A model generated the notes under the pieces. It did not search any database. It worked only from the letters and a program-made list of their open reading frames with translations, and was not told where the DNA came from. Of a stretch of 64,000 nt of DNA, positions 8,486 through 17,697 are shown in pieces; within the stretch, counting starts at the first letter, position 1, and each line of letters begins with the position of its first letter. Source of the DNA: an uncultured Gemmatimonadaceae bacterium (GTDB lineage: Bacteria > Gemmatimonadota > Gemmatimonadetes > Gemmatimonadales > Gemmatimonadaceae); contig CAWFQK010000001.1 of NCBI GenBank assembly GCA_963817955.1, positions 480,001 to 544,000 of the forward strand, read 5' to 3'. Made by a program: the position numbers and the translations under genes.

Positions 8486-8557
8486 CGGCGCGAACGACGT
8501 CGTCCGCGGTATCGCTCGGCCACGTACCCGAGTGCGACGAGCTTTTCGAGCATCACC

Positions 8558-8623
8558 TTCCAAGAGGCCGGCATTCCGTTCGTCGTGATGGGTGGTCAGG
8601 CCGTGGGGGCACACGCTGGCCGA
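8558..8623 (+). pseudogene. Short relic of a nucleotidyltransferase gene
   Basis: Translates as FQEAGIPFVVMGGQAVGAHAGR, resembling the GIPY.VIGG.AV..HG N-terminal motif of toxin-type nucleotidyltransferases. Confidence 0.55.
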
Positions 8624-8636
8624 TGGCTCGACCATT

Positions 8637-8718
8637 CTGGATGACAGGCTTGGCTCAGGATGACAGGCTTCGTTCAGGATGACAAGGCTTTGCGTGCCCC
8701 GTGTCCCGTGTCCCGTGT
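8637..8718. repeat. GGATGACA repeats plus (CCCGTGT)3, copy 2; overlaps the 3' end of the capD-like gene
   Basis: ggatgaca at 8639, 8658 and 8677 (19-bp period); heptamers at 8698-8718. Confidence 0.8.
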
Positions 8719-10737
8719 CTCGAGGGGAGCGTCGGGAACTATCTGCGGCCCGGAAATGCGCGATGTGCGAAGTGAGCCGGCTGGCGTCATGTGCACCGCG
8801 GTCGGCTGGTATTCCGGGACAAGCTTCTTGATCATACGCCGCAACTCGGCTTCCGGTTCACGACGCCGAGCGGCTTCGATGAGCTTGTCCACGTAGATGT
8901 CGAGCTCAGTCGACGAGTTGCTGTCACGCGCCTGAAGGATCTTCTCGTGAGTCGTCGGCGTCGCGTCCTCCGGACCAAAGAAGAGTTCCTCGTAGAGCTT
9001 TTCGCCGGGGCGCAAACCGGTGCAGTGGATCTCGATGTCTTCGACCTCGAGACCGGACAGGCGGATGAGATCTTCAGCGAGGTCGGCAATGCGAACCGGC
9101 TCACCCATGTCGAGCACGAACACTTCACCACCCCGTCCAAGCGCCGCGGCTTGCAGCACCAGTTGCACCGCCTCCGGAATGGTCATGAAGTAGCGCCGCA
9201 TGTCCAGATGCGTGATCGTGATCGGCCCACCGGCGGCAATCTGTCTCAAGAATGTGGGGACCACGCTGCCTCGGCTGCCCAGAACGTTCCCGAACCGAAC
9301 GGCCACGTAGGGTCTGCGAGTGCGCTCGGCAACCGAGCACACCGTGCCTTCGGCAATCCGCTTCGTGGCACCCATGATACTCGTGGGGCGAACGGCCTTG
9401 TCAGTCGAGATCAGCACCATGCGCTCGACATTGAATTCGGCACAGAGCTCGGCGACGGTCCGCGTGCCCAACACATTGTTGAGGATCGCCTCGTCGACGC
9501 TCGCCTCCATGAGCGGAACATGCTTGTGCGCCGCGGCGTGGAAGACCGTAAACGGTCTGGACGCCTCGAAAACCGCGCGCAGGCGCACACCGTCACGCAC
9601 ATCCACGATCGCCGGCGTGATCGGAATATCCGGGAAATTGATGCGCAGCTCCTCGATCAGCTCAAAGATCGAGTTCTCTCCCCGGCCGACGACGACCAAT
9701 CGAGCAGGAGCAAGTTGAGCGAGTTGCCGACACAGCTCGCTGCCAATCGAACCACCGGCGCCGGTCACGAGGACCGTCTTGTGCGAAACGAAGCTGCCAA
9801 CCTGGCACGAGTTCGTTTCGATCGGCTCGCGACGCAACAGATCCTCGATCTGGATGGGGCGCAAGGCACTCACGGCCTTCGCGCCTGACAAGATCTCGTA
9901 CATGCCGGGGACGGTGCGATTGCGTACACCGGCGGCGGCAGACCGCTGCATGATGTCGCGTATCACCTTCCCGCGTGCCGACGGCAGCGCGATAATGACC
10001 TCGTCTACCGCTTGCGCCTCAACGACCTCTTCCAGGGTCGAAATCGGGCCGAATACACGGAGTCCATGCAGGTGATGGCCGTGCTTCGTTCGATCGTCGT
10101 CGAGAAAGCCAACCGGCACAAGGCCAAGCTGATGATGGTCGAGAAGCTCTTTGGCGATCATACCACCGGCGTCACCAGCGCCGGCGATCAGCACCGTGCG
10201 CGTCTGGCGTGCAGCCCCGTTGTGTAACGATCGCCCATAGTCCCTTCCCAGGCGAGCGCGCTTGCGTCGCGTCGCAACGCGCAGCAAGAGTCGAGACAGA
10301 GTGACCGCGCCGGCCGTGAGCACGCTGTCCATGAGTAGGACGCCGATCGGCACCCGCTGCTGCACAAAGCCGAGAAGGGGCATTGCGACCAGGCCAACGC
10401 CGAACGAGACGATGATCCCGAGTAGGCAGGCGATCAGCGCTGTTTCCAGATCGGCAACGCTGGCGTACCGCCAAAGGCGACTGTACAGGCCCACACGCCA
10501 GAACAGAACAATCTTCAGTGGAATGGCGATGGCGGCATAGCCGATCGCAACACCAGCCATTGTCGGCCACCATCCAAATCCTTCAAATCGTGCGGTGAAG
10601 GATAGGAGCACGGCCGTTGCAGCCAGCAGCACATCAAGAGCAAGGAAAACCCGGTTTCTCATCGGTACCTGCGATCCATCATTTTGCGCGTCGGCCGCCA
10701 TGGGGACGTGGCTCTCGACTGTTCGCCACGAAGCCAC
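8674..10737 (-). CDS. Membrane-bound NDP-sugar 4,6-dehydratase (CapD/PglF/WbpM type)
   Basis: N-terminal transmembrane helices; GAGDAG, GAGGSIGSE, HAAAHKHVP, STDKAV, RFGNVLGSRGSV. Confidence 0.93.
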   Translation of the reverse strand: MASWRTVESHVPMAADAQNDGSQVPMRNRVFLALDVLLAATAVLLSFTARFEGFGWWPTMAGVAIGYAAIAIPLKIVLFWRVGLYSRLWRYASVADLETALIACLLGIIVSFGVGLVAMPLLGFVQQRVPIGVLLMDSVLTAGAVTLSRLLLRVATRRKRARLGRDYGRSLHNGAARQTRTVLIAGAGDAGGMIAKELLDHHQLGLVPVGFLDDDRTKHGHHLHGLRVFGPISTLEEVVEAQAVDEVIIALPSARGKVIRDIMQRSAAAGVRNRTVPGMYEILSGAKAVSALRPIQIEDLLRREPIETNSCQVGSFVSHKTVLVTGAGGSIGSELCRQLAQLAPARLVVVGRGENSIFELIEELRINFPDIPITPAIVDVRDGVRLRAVFEASRPFTVFHAAAHKHVPLMEASVDEAILNNVLGTRTVAELCAEFNVERMVLISTDKAVRPTSIMGATKRIAEGTVCSVAERTRRPYVAVRFGNVLGSRGSVVPTFLRQIAAGGPITITHLDMRRYFMTIPEAVQLVLQAAALGRGGEVFVLDMGEPVRIADLAEDLIRLSGLEVEDIEIHCTGLRPGEKLYEELFFGPEDATPTTHEKILQARDSNSSTELDIYVDKLIEAARRREPEAELRRMIKKLVPEYQPTAVHMTPAGSLRTSRISGPQIVPDAPLETRDTGHGARKALSS

Positions 10738-11062
10738 GTCAACATTGGTGCTTCAATATCTCGACCGCAATGCGAAACGGCCAGCAGAGCCTGGAAAGAT
10801 GAATGGGCGAATTATCAGTACGACCAGGAGCGCGGCGATCTCGAGGGTGCCGCCTGAGCGCGCTCGTTCTCGCGGCGACGCCTGGTGTTGCGCCGGTCAG
10901 CGCACTGGGCTGTGGGTGACTGGGAGTTGCACTCCGACGTCCGGCAGTACGGCAGCAATGATCCACGCGCGAAACGACGGGTCATCGAACGTGAACAAAT
11001 CGCCACCGCGCACAGCGTGTTGCGGTCTTCAATCGTGAGGAGGGCTTTTGACACTCGACTAG

Positions 11063-12396
11063 CAGGTCGCTGAAAAATTGAGGATTGTGACGAAATTGCT
11101 GTCTGTAAACGCAATTCTTGGCTCAGCGGGCCGGTGACCGAGGCGATCGCGGCTCCGCTCTCGACGCTTCGGCGTCGATGCCGGGCCGGAGCCGGGGCGG
11201 TGGAGCGCTTACGTGCATACGCCGACGCGGATGAGCGTGCGGATTCGCACGAGATTGTACGCGGCGTTCGTAAAGGCGAAGATCCAGCCGACCTTCTCGT
11301 GCCCTCGGTGATGCAGTTTCCGCAACCCGCCGATGGTCTTGCCCCAGCCGAACCCTTCTTCGACGAGCTTCCGTTTGACTTGGCTCACCTCGTAGCCGTC
11401 ATGCCGCGTGGTCCGACCATCGACGGCGCTCTCGGGCCGCGTGGCATGGATGTTCTGCGCGACATGCGGCGTGGTGTGGCAGTCACGCACGCCCTCGACG
11501 AACGCCACCGTGTCATAGCCCTTATCCGCACCGAGCGTCCGGCGCTGCGCCCGTGGCTCCAGCGTATTCAGCATCTCCACGCCGGCATCGCGCTCGGCCT
11601 CGTAGGCGGGCGGGCGCACGTCGGTGGCGACAATCAGGCCATGCCGATTGTCCATCAGCACGCTGCCCAGGTGAGCCAACACGCTGGCCGTGCCCTTGCT
11701 CTTCCGGGCCAAGCGCGCGTCCGGGTCGGTCACGGAGGCATGCGTCGCGTTCGAGCGCTTCTCGCCACGAAAGTTCACCGTGGGGTTCTTGGGATCGCCG
11801 TCGGAGGGGGGCGGCGTGGGATCGTCCTTCGGTCGAAAGCTCTTGTGGCTCGCCCACGCCTCGAGCAGCGTCCCGTCGACGGTGAAATGCTCATGCGACA
11901 ACAGGCCGCGCGTGTCGGCCGCCTTCAAGACTTCATTCAAAAACGCGTCCGCGATGTTCCCCGCCATGAGGCGGTCGCGATTCTTCGTGAACACGGTCGG
12001 GACCCAGACCGCGTCATCCGGGTTGAGGCCGACAAACCAGCGGAAGAGCAGATTGTAGTTGAGCTGCTCCATCAACTGGCGCTCGCTGCGAATCGTGTAG
12101 AGGATTTGGAGGAGCAACGCTCGCAGCAGGCGCTCCGGCGGGATCGAGGGGCGGCCCATCGTCGAGTACATCGCCGCAAACCGCGGCGACAGCGCGGCCA
12201 GGATCGGATTCACCAGCGTCTGGATGGTCCGCAGCGGATGGTCGGCCGGAATGCGATCGTCGATCGAGAGAAAACTGAACAGGACCGTCTGCGGGATGTC
12301 CGAACCACGCATGGCAACCACTCGCGCTAGGGATCACCGAATATATGATAGTTTCCTCATAATTACCATGCATATCTCTACTTTTTCAGCAACCTG
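11063..12396 (-). mobile_element. IS5-family insertion sequence
   Basis: TIRs caggtcgctgaaaaa (11063-11077) and tttttcagcaacctg (12382-12396); CTAG duplication at 11059-11062 and 12397-12400. Confidence 0.92.
11209..12312 (-). CDS. IS5-family DDE transposase
   Basis: IPADHPLR, GRPSIPPE, FRWFVGL, VDGT, TDPDAR, GADKGYD. Confidence 0.93.
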   Translation of the reverse strand: MRGSDIPQTVLFSFLSIDDRIPADHPLRTIQTLVNPILAALSPRFAAMYSTMGRPSIPPERLLRALLLQILYTIRSERQLMEQLNYNLLFRWFVGLNPDDAVWVPTVFTKNRDRLMAGNIADAFLNEVLKAADTRGLLSHEHFTVDGTLLEAWASHKSFRPKDDPTPPPSDGDPKNPTVNFRGEKRSNATHASVTDPDARLARKSKGTASVLAHLGSVLMDNRHGLIVATDVRPPAYEAERDAGVEMLNTLEPRAQRRTLGADKGYDTVAFVEGVRDCHTTPHVAQNIHATRPESAVDGRTTRHDGYEVSQVKRKLVEEGFGWGKTIGGLRKLHHRGHEKVGWIFAFTNAAYNLVRIRTLIRVGVCT

Positions 12397-12456
12397 CTAG
12401 ACTCGCCCAGAGAGAAGCGCCGCCTCACATGTAGCGTTGTCAAGTTGGTTCCTTCG

Positions 12457-12528
12457 TGCGTATTTCGGCCCATCCCGTTCCCTCATTTCGGTCCAAGCCG
12501 TCCACCCATTTCGGTCCAAGCCGTTCAG
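12457..12528 (+). mobile_element. IS21-like terminal repeat relic
   Basis: Starts TGCGTATTTCGGCC; three 23-bp-period units (catttcggtccaagccgt identical at 12484 and 12507); truncates the ATPase relic exactly here. Confidence 0.6.
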
Positions 12529-12729
12529 AACTCGGCATCGTCCCAACCTTCGCCTTTGCTGGCGTACTACCGCACAATGCAGTAATCTGAAACCATCGAA
12601 TCGATGACGGGATTCGAGAACGCGCCATTCTTGCCGCGTGCAGTCGTTCTACTCCAGCCGACCATTCCCTATGAAACTGAAGTTGCTCCGACTTGCCATT
12701 GTCGTTCTTGTACCGAACGTCTGCGGCGC

Positions 12730-12864
12730 ATGTATATAGATCCGGGAGCAACCTCGCTGCTCTGGCAGCTCATCGTGTCGGGCATCGTGGGCGTGGGGTT
12801 CACGCTGCGCCACAGTATCACCCGTGTGTGGCGCAAGCTGCGACGTTTCGGGAATGCGGAATAG
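12730..12864 (+). CDS. Small membrane peptide with YIDPG motif
   Basis: MYIDPGATSLLWQLIVSGIVGVGFTL...: one transmembrane helix and a basic tail; stop overlaps the next gene. An out-of-frame leader MKLKLLRLAIVVLVP from 12671 suggests the true start may be upstream. Confidence 0.65.
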   Translation: MYIDPGATSLLWQLIVSGIVGVGFTLRHSITRVWRKLRRFGNAE

Positions 12865-14323
12865 CAGTCCGGCGCAGAAGCATCCAGATTCATTTCAAGG
12901 TGCGTCGTTTCGGGACCCAGGCGGTACGCTTCGCTTTGTGGACGGTACGCCAGTCCGATTTGTGCGTTCCCCGCATGCCGAGGAGTTACGGGGCTTCCTT
13001 AATTCGGCAACGGCGCGCTCGTGGCGCACTCGCGGCGCACTCGTTGCGAGCACGGAGTTGCATCCCCCCGATCTCGACGTGTACCGAAACGATCCGGGCT
13101 TCACCCAGGCTCTCGGAGCCGAGCGTTGGGGCGGAATATGGCGGCACGAGCGCGTGTTCTTCCCCTCATCGGCCGATGAGTGGTCTCAAGGCATGCTACA
13201 TCGTGCCGGGGCGAGCACGCTCGACCTGGCGCTCGATCTATTGAAGGACGGCCGTGGACTAAAGGACGCGACCCCCGCGAATGTGCTTTTTCGCGGATGC
13301 CAGCCCGTGTTCGTAGACCTTCTTTCGGTCGAGCAACGGGATCCCAAAGACCCACTCTGGCTGCCCTACGCGCAGTTCATTCGCACCTTCGTGCTTCCCC
13401 TGCTCGTGTCTAAGGCCATCGGCTTACCCCTTCGCGCAGTGTTCAGCATTGGCCGGGAGGGAATCCAGCCTGAGGTGGCGCGAGACCTCGTGCCCCTCTC
13501 CAAACGACTGAGAGGGCCTGGGTTGTGGCACGTAACCGTGGCGGCGATGCTAGGCCGCGCGGGGTCGACGCTGGTCGACGGAGCTCCTCCCAAGCGCTCG
13601 GTTCCCCCAGAGCAGACGCAATACGTCCTGAAGCATCTCTTCCAGGGACTGCGAAAGTCGCTCGACGACGTGGGGCCTTCTGGAGATCCACAGTCGTCCT
13701 GGACGGGATACGAGGAGGATCATCACAGCCCCGCCTACTTCGACGCGAAGCGCGCCTTCATCACCTCTGCAGTAGAGGAGGTGCAGCCAAGGACGGTCCT
13801 GGACATCGGGTGCAACACCGGCGAGCTGTCGGTAATCGCAGCGACACGCGGTGCTCAGGTCGTGGCGATCGACAGCGACCCACAGGTGGTCGAGCGGGTC
13901 TTTCGGCGCGCGACAAGCGATGCGCTGAATGTGCTCCCCCTAGTCGTGGACATTGCATCACCAACAGCCGGCCGCGGCTGGATGAATCGGGAGTTGCCGT
14001 CTTTTCTGGATCGGGCGACGGGCGCGTTCGACCAGGTGCTGGCAATGGCGGTAATACACCATCTACTCGCAACGAACGGCATCCCCCTTTCGGACGTAAT
14101 CGATCTGTTCGCCCGGTTGACCCGTCATTCCGTCGCTCTTGAGTTCGTCCCGCCGTCTGATCCCTATTTTCGGCGGCTTGCGAGAGGTCGCGACTACCTC
14201 TACGCAGACCTTTCCAGAGCGACCTTTGAAGAGGCGCTAAAGCGCCGCTTTGAGATTGTTCGATGCGAACCGCTGCCGAGCGGTGAACGAGTGGCTTATG
14301 TGCTCCGGAAGACTGCGACCTGA
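12854..14323 (+). CDS. Kinase-like domain fused to class I SAM methyltransferase (NoeA-like)
   Basis: SFRDPGG, LKDATPANVLF and PVFVDLLS in the N-terminal half; VLDIGCNTG in the C-terminal half. Confidence 0.8.
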   Translation: MRNSSPAQKHPDSFQGASFRDPGGTLRFVDGTPVRFVRSPHAEELRGFLNSATARSWRTRGALVASTELHPPDLDVYRNDPGFTQALGAERWGGIWRHERVFFPSSADEWSQGMLHRAGASTLDLALDLLKDGRGLKDATPANVLFRGCQPVFVDLLSVEQRDPKDPLWLPYAQFIRTFVLPLLVSKAIGLPLRAVFSIGREGIQPEVARDLVPLSKRLRGPGLWHVTVAAMLGRAGSTLVDGAPPKRSVPPEQTQYVLKHLFQGLRKSLDDVGPSGDPQSSWTGYEEDHHSPAYFDAKRAFITSAVEEVQPRTVLDIGCNTGELSVIAATRGAQVVAIDSDPQVVERVFRRATSDALNVLPLVVDIASPTAGRGWMNRELPSFLDRATGAFDQVLAMAVIHHLLATNGIPLSDVIDLFARLTRHSVALEFVPPSDPYFRRLARGRDYLYADLSRATFEEALKRRFEIVRCEPLPSGERVAYVLRKTAT

Positions 14324-15866
14324 GCGGAAGCAGGCAGCAAAGGATCTCCTGGTCGGATGTTCCCTTGTCAGTCTGCTCTATATCGACGTCTGGCGGTTGC
14401 TGCTTTCCGCCGCGACGCCCTCGAACGGCTTCTTCCTCGCGTACAGTCCGAGCGACTACCTCGCCGCGATCGCCACTGTGCTCGCGGGGGGCGCGGTCCT
14501 GGCTTCGCTCTCTCCCGCGCTGCGCAGAGCCCCTCGAGCGGTGCAGTACGTCATCAGCTTGTTCTTTCTGGCCACGAGCATCGTCGTCCTGAACGAACTT
14601 CGAAAATCGAATGAGGGCAGACTCTCGGCCGTGCTTAGCGTCTGGAATGAAGTCAAGCAGACACTCGGAATTCCGATACTAGCACTTCTCGGTCTTGTGA
14701 TACTGGCTGTGACGCTTCGATACGTGATGCCAATCACCAAGTGGTACCGGAGGGTTCTCCTGGCCGCGTCATTATTCGCCGCGTTCGCGATAGTCAGGGG
14801 TGCCTGGATCTTGGCGACGATGGACTTCGACGCCTTTCACGTGGTGCTGCGGCACCCGCATCCCGGACTTTCCTCGGCGCATCGGGTCGTGATGGTGGTC
14901 TTCGATGAGATGGACAACGAAATAGCATTCACGCGACGACCGAAGGATCTGAGTTTGCCGAACTTCGATGTGCTGCGCACGACGTCCGTGACGTTCGACT
15001 CGACGTATTCACCCGGCCCGAACACGATGGAGTCGATGTCATCGTACCTGCTCGGCCGTCAGGTCGGCTCGCTCATTCCGTTGAGCGCGAACTCCTTTGT
15101 CGCCCTGCTGAAGGACGGACGGCGCGTGCGCAGTGATACCGCTAGGTCGATTTTCTCGGGTCCGGCTGCGAAGGGAGCACGTACGGCGCTCGTGGGTTTC
15201 AGTCTCCCTTACTGTCGTCTGCGCCTTACCGGATTGGTGGATCAGTGCGAGGAGATTCCGTTGGAGGGCGGTGGGAAGGTGGACGTGCAGCGGGAGGGAG
15301 GCTTCTGGCGAGCCGTTGCCAGGCAGTCACAGAGCCTGATGCCATTCAATGGGCGGCGCTCGCATATTGCTCGACTGCGCGAGGTAATCGAGAACGCCGC
15401 TGACCTTGCCGCCGACGCCTCCTACACGCTCGTTCTCCTGCATCTTCCCCTCCCGCATTCGCCGTGGATCTGGGACCGACGGACCAATCAGTTCCGGGTG
15501 ACCATATCAGGAGACGATGGCTACCTCGGCAATCTCGCACTAGCGGATCGCGTGATCGGACGGATGCGTGACGAGATGACTCGGCGCGGAATATGGAACG
15601 CGACGACGCTGATCGTGACGTCTGATCACCCGTGGCGCGCAAAACTCGTCCAAGGTAGGAGTACTGATCGCCGGATCCCGCTCATGATCAAGCTTCCCGG
15701 CATGAAGGAGAGTGAGCACATCGAAACGCCGACGAATGCAATCGTGGTCTCGTGGCTCGTGCCAGCCCTGATCGACGGCCAGATTCCGGACGCCTCAGCG
15801 CTTCGCACTCGCGTGGCGCAGATTACCGCGAGCGATTCGACATTTCAGATGAAGCATACGCCCTGA
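14298..15866 (+). CDS. Membrane-anchored alkaline phosphatase/sulfatase-superfamily transferase
   Basis: About five transmembrane helices, then VVFDE, SPGPNTMES, HLPLPHSPW and TSDH; start codon uncertain. Confidence 0.8.
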   Translation: MCSGRLRPERKQAAKDLLVGCSLVSLLYIDVWRLLLSAATPSNGFFLAYSPSDYLAAIATVLAGGAVLASLSPALRRAPRAVQYVISLFFLATSIVVLNELRKSNEGRLSAVLSVWNEVKQTLGIPILALLGLVILAVTLRYVMPITKWYRRVLLAASLFAAFAIVRGAWILATMDFDAFHVVLRHPHPGLSSAHRVVMVVFDEMDNEIAFTRRPKDLSLPNFDVLRTTSVTFDSTYSPGPNTMESMSSYLLGRQVGSLIPLSANSFVALLKDGRRVRSDTARSIFSGPAAKGARTALVGFSLPYCRLRLTGLVDQCEEIPLEGGGKVDVQREGGFWRAVARQSQSLMPFNGRRSHIARLREVIENAADLAADASYTLVLLHLPLPHSPWIWDRRTNQFRVTISGDDGYLGNLALADRVIGRMRDEMTRRGIWNATTLIVTSDHPWRAKLVQGRSTDRRIPLMIKLPGMKESEHIETPTNAIVVSWLVPALIDGQIPDASALRTRVAQITASDSTFQMKHTP

Positions 15867-16120
15867 TCGATCAGGCCGCGACTCGTGTCTAGAGTTCGGA
15901 AGGTCTCATCACGTTGCGCGAACCCGAGATACTCCATGCGGCCCAGGAACCGTGCCTGCCGGTGACGCAAGTCGACCATGGGTTGAACCAATCACCGCAC
16001 GTACAGGTGAATCCGCGCATTCAATGTGGAGATTGGCGCTCTCAATCTCCGCAACACTCGGCCCGCAGTAGATCGGGGCACTATGGCCAACACAAGGCGG
16101 CCTGGCATTCAAAGAGCTGC

Positions 16121-16495
16121 GTGCACGGGGCAAGTGGAACGCCGAGGCGACAAGCAGCACTCGCAGAGCGTCCCTCGCGAAGTTGGGCCTGAGAGTCGTC
16201 CGCGGAGGAGCGTTGCTACGGCCAGGGCCTACCCCGCTGTGTTCGTCACGCGCGGAATATCCACGATTCTGCCCGACAGGCAGTTCCATTGCCTTCGCGT
16301 ACCCGGGAGAATGTCATCTTCCGACGCGGGTTTGGCTCCCAGGGCGCCGCCCGCCGGTCAAGACCATCAAGGGTGATTTCACTGCTTTGAATAGCTCCAC
16401 ACCGCCGAAGAATCCATCGGCGTCACTCCATTCGCTGAGTGCAGCTTGCCCGGAGAACCACTCGACCTTCACTCAGCACGACAATGGCCCCGGCT
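16121..16495 (-). pseudogene. Degraded YdcF/DUF218-family gene
   Basis: Fragments in shifting frames: AIVVLSEG, EWSDADGFFGGVELFKAVKSPLMVLTGG, VTNTAG*, VLLVASAFHLPRA. Confidence 0.75.
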
Positions 16496-16574
16496 CCGGG
16501 GGCATATGGGGACGATCGCTGTTGGACGCACCCGACGGGGAGTACGAGCACCGGGAGCATCTTGTGCAAGTATA

Positions 16575-17603
16575 TCACTCAGCGGATGGCCTCCCAGCCC
16601 CTAGGCGCACCGCTACCACTGCAAGAGGCGCATACGCGATCAGAACACCCAGAAAACCGTCCAACCAACCTAACGCGACTGTCAGCGCGACCGGCAAAAG
16701 CCAGCAGAGATTGATGACACCGACCGTCACCGTCGCTGGCATATGGGAGCCTTGGCGCATGGCGGCGTGCTGGTAGGCGTGACTTCGGTGTGCCTCGTAG
16801 AATCGTTCACCGTGCGCCATCCGACGGATCAGAGTAACAGTCGCGTCGACGACGAACACGCCGAGCAGGATCACCCAGCTCCAGAACAGTCTGTTCGCCA
16901 CCCATCCTGCCTGTAGAGAGAGTGCGGCAAGCATGAGCCCAAGGAATCCGCTGCCGGCATCACCCATGAAGATCTTCGCCGGAGGCCAATTCCAGACTAG
17001 AAAGCCTAGGGTCGCCGACGCGAGGACAAGAGGGGCGATCCACAAGTGCTTACCCGGCGCAGCTACTCCGCTCAGGAAGACCGCACTCAGGCAGACGGTG
17101 ATAGCCTCGACGCCGGCAATGCCATCGATACCATCCATGAAATTCGTGAGGTTGAGCATCCAGACGAGATACAGTGCGGCGATCGCGAGTCCCAACCATC
17201 CCGAATCCAGCACGAAACCCATCGCTGTCAGCCGGGGGACGCCGCCGAGCGTCGCAAGTACCCACGACGCTGCGGCGAAATGTCCGACGAGTCGCCATCG
17301 CGGCGCAACGTGTCCGCGATCATCCACGAACCCGATCAGCGCAACCAGAGCCCCTCCCCCACAGAGGCTCCACACGGTCGACCAAGCCAGCCGATCAATC
17401 CAGCCAAGCACCAGAAGCGCCATCAGCGTCGACACCACGATCGCCACGCCGCCGCCTCGCGGCGTGGCGATCGTATGCGAACTGCGAGAGTTGGGCACGT
17501 CGAGAAGCAGGTGTGTGAGAGCCTGCCGGCGAAACCACCCGGCGAGTTCCCAAGAGCCGAAGCAGACGGTGAATGTCAGGAGCGTTGGGAACAGCAGTCT
17601 CAT
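16575..17603 (-). CDS. MraY/WecA-family initiating sugar-1-phosphate transferase (WbpL-like)
   Basis: RSSHTIATPRGGG, GFVDD, NFMDGIDG, IFMGDAGS, AHRSHAYQ; polytopic membrane protein. Confidence 0.92.
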   Translation of the reverse strand: MRLLFPTLLTFTVCFGSWELAGWFRRQALTHLLLDVPNSRSSHTIATPRGGGVAIVVSTLMALLVLGWIDRLAWSTVWSLCGGGALVALIGFVDDRGHVAPRWRLVGHFAAASWVLATLGGVPRLTAMGFVLDSGWLGLAIAALYLVWMLNLTNFMDGIDGIAGVEAITVCLSAVFLSGVAAPGKHLWIAPLVLASATLGFLVWNWPPAKIFMGDAGSGFLGLMLAALSLQAGWVANRLFWSWVILLGVFVVDATVTLIRRMAHGERFYEAHRSHAYQHAAMRQGSHMPATVTVGVINLCWLLPVALTVALGWLDGFLGVLIAYAPLAVVAVRLGAGRPSAE

Positions 17604-17697
17604 CTCGGTATCTTGATCGCTTAGAAGATGTTGCTGCGTACCTGAACATTCGGCGCGCATCCTTTGTCGGTGCCACTCATCGCGTTCGCAGTACTTC

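Larger units (their letters stand above)
10897..12456 (-). pseudogene. 3' relic of another ATPase paralog, split by the IS5
   Basis: Removing the IS and one CTAG gives LTTLHVRRRFSLGESSRVSKAL, then after a frameshift FTFDDPSFRAWIIAAVLPDVG. This matches LTTKATRKRFALESGSVSNTL...YCFDSPFLRGWIIVHALPDIA of 1621..2832. Confidence 0.8.

Noticed and set aside
8480..8560. Integron attC sites between TA modules
   Set aside because: No RYYYAAC...GTTRRRY paired structure was found, modules face both directions, and there is no integrase.
15862..15875. Perfect palindrome CCTGATCGATCAGG at a stop codon
   Set aside because: Single occurrence, no U-tract, no supporting context.
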